In this document: piece by piece, positions 57,501-64,000 of the stretch
Position numbering within the stretch: the stretch's first letter is position 1
Layout of the letters: each line of letters opens with the position of its first letter
Assembly: GCF_009914755.1 (NCBI RefSeq)
Contig: NC_060939.1
From: the human T2T-CHM13v2.0 reference genome, Homo sapiens
Length of the DNA: 64,000 bases
Direction: 5' to 3' (one strand)
Translations under genes and position numbers: made by a program
Notes under the pieces: model-generated
What the model was told of the DNA's origin: nothing
The model's input: the letters and a program-made list of their open reading frames with translations, nothing else
Databases searched by the model: none

Positions 57501-60500
57501 GCCTTCCATTCCATTCCATTCGATTACATTCCATGCGATTCCATTCGAAATCGAATCAATTACATTGCAATCCATTACTATTGAGTCCGTTTTATTCCAG
57601 TCCACTGCATTCTGGTCCATTCCATTTGATTCCATTCCATTCTATTCCATTCCATACAGTTGCATTCCATTGGATTCCATGCTATATCTATAAATTCAAT
57701 TCGAGACCATTGCTTTTGAGTCCATTCTATATGATTCCATTCCATTCAAGTCCATTACATTTGGTTCAATTCCATTCCATTCCATTCCCTTCCATTCCAT
57801 TCCATTTGATATCAATCCATTCGATTCCATTCCATTCGAGTCCATTCCATTCCACTCCATTCCATTCGATGCCATTCCATTTGATTCTATTCCATTAGTC
57901 TCCATTCAATTCCATTAATCTCCATTCCATTCCATTCTACTCCAACTGATTCCATTTCATTCTATTCCTTTCCATTCCATTTCATTCCATTCCATTCCAT
58001 TCGTGTCCATTCCACTCCAGTCCATTCCATTCGTGTCCATTCCATTCCAGTCCATTCCATTTGTGTCCACTGCATTCCATTCCACTCCATTCCATATTAT
58101 TCCATTACACTCCATTCCATTCTATTACTTTCATTTCCATTCAATTCCATTCCATTTGATTCCATTCCACTCGGTTTCATTCCATTTGAGTCCACTCCAT
58201 TCCATTCCATTCCATTCCATTCAGTTCCATTCCATTCTGTTCCATTCCATTCCGTTCCATTACATTCCATTCCATTCGGTACCATTCCATATTGTTCCAT
58301 TCGATTCCATTCGAATCCATTCCATTCCAGTCCATTCCATTCGATTCCATTCCATTCATTTCAATTCCATTCCATTCCATTCCATTCCATTCCACTTGAT
58401 CCCTCTCCATTCCCTTCCACTGCATTCCGTTCGATTCCATTCCATTGCATTGCATTCCATTCCATTGGATTGCATTCCATTCCATTCCATTCCATTCGAA
58501 TCAATTACATAGCAATCCATTACATTCGAGTCTATTCTATTCCGTTCCATTCGATTTCGTTCCAATCCATTCGATTCCATTCCATTCGATTCCATTCCAT
58601 ACTATTGCATTCCATTCGATTAGATTATATTCGAATAAGTTCCATTCAAGACCATTTCTTTTGAGTCCATTCTATTTGAGTCCATTCCCTTTGATTCCAT
58701 AACATTTGAGTCCATTCAATTCCATTCCTTTCGTTTCCATTCCATTTGATGCCATTCCATTCAATTCTGTTCTACTCGACTCCAATACATTCAATTCCAT
58801 TCCATCCGATTCCATTACATTCTTTTCATTTCTTATCCATTTCAAGCCATTCCACTCCATTCCATTCCACTCGTTTCCTTTCCATTCGAGTCCATTCCTC
58901 TCCAGTCCATTCCGTTCAATCCATTCCATTCCAGTCCATTCCATTCGAGTCCGTTCCATTCCAGTCCATTCCATTCGAGTCAATTCCATTCCATTCGATG
59001 TCTTTCCATAACGATCCATTCCATTCTATTCCTTTCGATTCCATTCCATTCTATTTCATTCCATTCGATTCCCTTCCATTGGACTCCTTTCCATTCGAGT
59101 GCATTCCATTCCTTTCCATTTCTTTCCGTTCTGTACTATTCCTACCGTTCGATTTCATTTTGTTCCAGTCCATTCCTTTCGCGTCCATTCCATTCCATTT
59201 CACTACATTCGATTCCATTCCATTCGATTCCATTCTACTCGATTCCACTTCGTTCCATTTCATTGCATTCCATTCTATTCAACTCTATTGCCTTCCATTC
59301 CATTCCATTCGATTACATTCCATGCGATTCCATTCGAAATCGAATCAATTACATTGCAATCCATTACTATTGAGTCCGTTTTATTCCAGTCCACTGCTTT
59401 CTGGTCCATTCCATTTGATTCCATTCCATTCTATTCCATTCCATACAGTTGCATTCCATTGGATTCCATGCTATATCTATAAATTCAATTCGAGACCATT
59501 GCTTTTGAGTCCATTCTATATGATTCCATTCCATTCAAGTCCATTACATTTGGTTCAATTCCATTCCATTCCATTCCCTTCCATTACATTCCATTTGATA
59601 TCAATCCATTCGATTCCATTCCATTCGAGCACATTCCATTCGAGTCCATTCCATTCGATGCCATTCCATTTGATTCTATTCCATTAGTCTCCATTCAATT
59701 CCATTAATCTCCATTCCATTCCATTCTACTCCAACTGATTCCATTCCATTCTATTCCTTTCCATTCCATTTCATTCCATTCCATTCCATTTCATTCCATT
59801 CCATTCCATTCGTGTCCATTCCACTCCAGTCTATTCCATTCGTGTCCATTCCATTCCAGTCCATTCCATTTGTGTCCACTGCATTCCATTCCACTCCATT
59901 CCATATTATTCCATTACACTCCATTCCATTCTATTACTTTCATTTCCATTCAATTCCATTCCATTTGATTCCATTCCACTCGGTTTCATTCCATTTGAGT
60001 CCACTCCATTCCATTCCATTCCATTCCATTCAGTTCCATTCCATTCTGTTCCATTCCATTCCGTTCCATTACATTCCATTCCATTCGGTACCATTCCATA
60101 TTGTTCCATTCGATTCCATTCGAATCCATTCCATTCCAGTCCATTCCATTCGATTCCATTCCATTCATTTCAATTCCATTCCATTCCATTCCATTACATT
60201 CCACTTGATTCCTCTCCATTCCCTTCCACTGCATTCCGTTCGATTCCATTCCATTGCATTGCATTCCATTCCATTGGATTGCATTCCTTTCGATTCCATT
60301 CCATTCGAATCAATTACATAGCAATCCATTACATTCGAGTCTATTCTCTTCCGTTCCATTCGATTTCGTTCCAATCCATTCGATTCCATTCCATTCGATT
60401 CCATTCCATACTATTGCATTCCATTCGATTACATTATATTCGAATAAGTTCCATTCAAGACCATTTCTTTTGAGTCCATTCTATTTGAGTCCATTCCCTT

Positions 60501-62328
60501 TGATTCCATAACATTTGAGTCCATTCAATTCCATTCCTTTCGTTTCCATTCCATTTGATGCCATTCCATTCAATTCTGTTCTACTCGACTCCAATACATT
60601 CAATTCCATTCCATCCGATTCCATTACATTCTTTTCATTTCTTATCCATTTCAAGCCATTCCACTCCATTCCATTCCACTCGTTTCCTTTCCATTCGAGT
60701 CCATTCCTCTCCAGTCCATTCCGTTCAATCCATTCCATTCCAGTCCATTCCATTCGAGTCCGTTCCATTCCAGTCCATTCCATTCGAGTCAATTCCATCC
60801 CATTCGATGTCTTTCCATAACGATCCATTCCATTCTATTCCTTTTGATTCCATTCCATTCTATTTCATTCCATTCGATTCCCTTCCATTGGACTCCTTTC
60901 CATTCGAGTGCATTCCATTCCGTTCCATTTCTTTCCGTTCTGTACGATTCCTACCGTTCGATTTCATTTTGTTCCAGTCCATTCCTTTCGCGTCCATTCC
61001 ATTCCATTTCACTCCATTCGATTCCATTCCACTCGATTCCACTTCGTTCCATTTCATTGCATTCCATTCTATTCAACTCTATTGCCTTCCATTCCATTCC
61101 ATTCGATTACATTCCATGCGATTCCATTCGAAATCGAATCAATTACATTGCAATCCATTACTATTGAGTCCGTTTTATTCCAGTCCACTGCATTCTGGTC
61201 CATTCCATTTGATTCCATTCCATTCTATTCCATTCCATACAGTTGCATTCCATTGGATTCCATGCTATATCTATAAATTCAATTCGAGACCATTGCTTTT
61301 GAGTCCATTCTATATGATTCCATTCCATTCAAGTCCATTACATTTGGTTCAATTACATTCCATTCCATTCCCTTCCATTCCATTCCATTTGATATCAATC
61401 CATTCGATTCCATTCCATTCGAGCACATTCCATTCCACTCCATTCCATTCGATGCCATTCCATTTGATTCTATTCCATTAGTCTCCATTCAATTCCATTA
61501 ATCTCCATTCCATTCCATTCTACTCCAACTGATTCCATTTCATTCTATTCCTTTCCATTCCATTTCATTCCATTCCATTCCATTCGTGTCCATTCCACTC
61601 CAGTCCATTCCATTCGTGTCCATTCCATTCCAGTCCATTCCATTTGTGTCCACTGCATTCCATTCCACTCCATTCCATATTATTCCATTACACTCCATTC
61701 CATTCTATTACTTTCATTTCCATTCAATTCCATTCCATTTGATTCCATTCCACTCGGTTTCATTCCATTTGAGTCCACTCCATTCCATTCCATTCCATTC
61801 CATTCAGTTCCATTCCATTCTGTTCCATTCCATTCCGTTCCATTACATTCCATTCCATTCGGTACCATTCCGTATTGTTCCATTCGATTCCATTCGAATC
61901 CATTCCATTCCAGTCCATTCCATTCGATTCCATTCCATTCATTTCAATTCCATTCCATTCCATTCCATTCCATTCCACTTGATTCCTCTCCATTCCCTTC
62001 CACTGCATTCCGTTCGATTCCATTCCATTGCATTGCATTCCATTCCATTGGATTGCATTCCATTCCATTCCATTCCATTCGAATCAATTACATAGCAATC
62101 CATTACATTCGAGTCTATTCTCTTCCGTTCCATTCGATTTCGTTCCAATCCATTCGATTCCATTCCATTCGATTCCATTCCATACTATTGCATTCCATTC
62201 GATTAGATTATATTCGAATAAGTTCCATTCAAGACCATTTCTTTTGAGTCCATTCTATTTGAGTCCATTCCCTTTGATTCCATAACATTTGAGTCCATTC
62301 AATTCCATTCCTTTCGTTTCCATTCCAT
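51580..62328 (+). repeat. Three tandem copies of a 3583 bp dimer (1809 + 1774 bp units)
   Basis: Unit anchors 51580, 53389, 55163, 56972, 58746, 60555, 62329 give strictly alternating 1809/1774 bp lengths. Units with a 15-bp insertion alternate with units carrying a 20-bp deletion. Confidence 0.9.
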
Positions 62329-64000
62329 TTGATGCCATTCCATTCAATTCTGTTCTACTCGACTCCAATACATTCAATTCCATTCCATCCGATTCCATTA
62401 CATTCTTTTCATTTCTTATCCATTTCAAGCCATTCCACTCCATTCCATTCCACTCGTTTCCTTTCCATTCGAGTCCATTCCTCTCCAGTCCATTCCGTTC
62501 AATCCATTCCATTCCAGTCCATTCCATTCGAGTCCGTTCCATTCCAGTCCATTCCATTCGAGTCAATTCCATTCCATTCGATGTCTTTCCATAACGATCC
62601 ATTCCATTCTATTCCTTTCGATTCCATTCCATTCTATTTCATTCCATTCGATTCCCTTCCATTGGACTCCTTTCCATTCGATTGCATTCCATTCCGTTCC
62701 ATTTCTTTCCGTTCTGTACGATTCCTACCGTTCGATTTCATTTTGTTCCAGTCCATTCCTTTCGCGTCCATTCCATTCCATTTCACTCCATTCGATTCCA
62801 TTCCACTCGATTCCACTTCGTTCCATTTCATTGCATTCCATTCTATTCAACTCTATTGCCTTCCATTCCATTCCATTCGATTACATTCCATGCGATTCCA
62901 TTCGAAATCGAATCAATTACATTGCAATCCATTACTATTGAGTCCGTTTTATTCCAGTCCACTGCATTCTGGTCCATTCCATTTGATTCCATTCCATTCT
63001 ATTCCATTCCATACAGTTGCATTCCATTGGATTCCATGCTATATCTATAAATTCAATTCGAGACCATTGCTTTTGAGTCCATTCTATATGATTCCATTCC
63101 ATTCAAGTCCATTACATTTGGTTCAATTCCATTCCATTCCATTCCGTTCCATTCCATTCCATTTGATATCAATCCATTCGATTCCATTCCATTCGAGCAC
63201 ATTCCATTCGAGTCCATTCCATTCGATGCCATTCCATTTGATTCTATTCGATTAGTCTCCATTCAATTCCATTAATCTCCATTCCATTCCATTCTACTCC
63301 AACTGATTCCATTCCATTCTATTCCTTTCCATTCCATTTCATTCCATTCCATTCCATTTCATTCCATTCCATTCCATTCGTGTCCATTCCACTCCAGTCC
63401 ATTCCATTCGTGTCCATTCCATTCCAGTCCATTCCATTTGTGTCCACTGCATTCCATTCCACTCCATTCCATATTATTCCATTACACTCCATTCCATTCT
63501 ATTACTTTCATTTCCATTCAATTCCATTCCATTTGATTCCATTCTACTCGGTTTCATTCCATTTGAGTCCACTCCATTCCATTCCATTCCATTCCATTCA
63601 GTTCCATTCCATTCTGTTCCATTCCATTCCGTTCCATTACATTCCATTCCATTCGGTACCATTCCATATTGTTCCATTCGATTCCATTCGAATCCATTCC
63701 ATTCCAGTCCATTCCATTCGATTCCATTCCATTCATTTCAATTCCATTCGATTCCATTCCATTACATTCCACTTGATTCCTCTCCATTCCCTTCCACTGC
63801 ATTCCGTTCGATTCCATTCCATTGCATTGCATTCCATTCCAATGGATTGCATTCCATTCGATTCCATTCCATTCGAATCAATTACATAGCAATCCATTAC
63901 ATTCGAGTCTATTCTATTCCGTTCCATTCGATTTCGTTCCAATCCATTCGATTCCATTCCATTCGATTCCATTCCATACTATTGCATTCCATTCGATTAC

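Larger units (their letters stand above)
1..64000 (+). repeat. Satellite III (HSat3) array of diverged CATTC pentamers with a ~1.8 kb higher-order repeat; probably D15Z1/HSat3A5-type
   Basis: Continuous CCATT/CATTC runs with variants such as CATTCGATTC, CATTCGAGTC and CCAGTCC. The + strand is C/T-rich throughout. An identical landmark recurs at 1325, 3114, 4908, 6712, 8510 ... 60555, 62329 (34 intervals spanning 61004 bp, mean ~1794 bp). One GGTACC per unit. Satellite class is near-certain; the D15Z1/chr15 subfamily call is inference. Confidence 0.97.

Noticed and set aside
51580-62328. DYZ1 (Yq12, ~3.6 kb HSat3) identity suggested by the 3583 bp period
   Set aside because: The dimer halves are near-identical 1.8 kb units and the dimer is only local. 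GGCC sites are sporadic and absent from this block, whereas DYZ1 is a HaeIII-defined unit.
1-64000. CRISPR-like or other repeat-spacer system
   Set aside because: There are no unique spacers. The intervening sequence is itself degenerate pentamer and recurs identically every 1.8 kb, and there are no associated genes.
1-64000. HSat2 (e.g. the chr1 1.77 kb repeat), given the similar period and many CATTCGATTC
   Set aside because: The sequence lacks the recurrent ATGATG/GATGATTCC interruptions of Satellite II and instead has long in-phase CATTC runs typical of Satellite III.
1-64000. Transposon insertion, inversion or unique-sequence island
   Set aside because: All 34 unit intervals fall within 1774-1819 bp and the CATTC strand never switches, leaving no room for an insertion or inversion.

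Overview
The whole 64 kb is one uninterrupted, single-orientation tandem array of diverged (CATTC/GGAAT)n pentamers, i.e. human/hominid Satellite III (HSat3). It is organised as about 35.7 copies of a ~1.794 kb higher-order unit, and nearly every unit carries a single KpnI site (GGTACC). That combination matches the classical 1.8 kb KpnI Satellite III family D15Z1 (HSat3A5, chr15p); the assignment is inferred from period and restriction site, not from an alignment. I see no genes, RNA genes, transposons, CRISPR arrays or inversions, and all listed ORFs are artefacts of translating a pentamer repeat. I found no novel biological system. The real information lies in the array's architecture: an ancient internal duplication within the unit (970 bp offset), nested super-repeats (3.6 kb dimers, a 10.8 kb hexamer duplication, a 3583 bp dimer in three copies), chimeric units marking recombination breakpoints, indels almost always in multiples of 5 bp, and a variant that creates a near-DUX4 motif.
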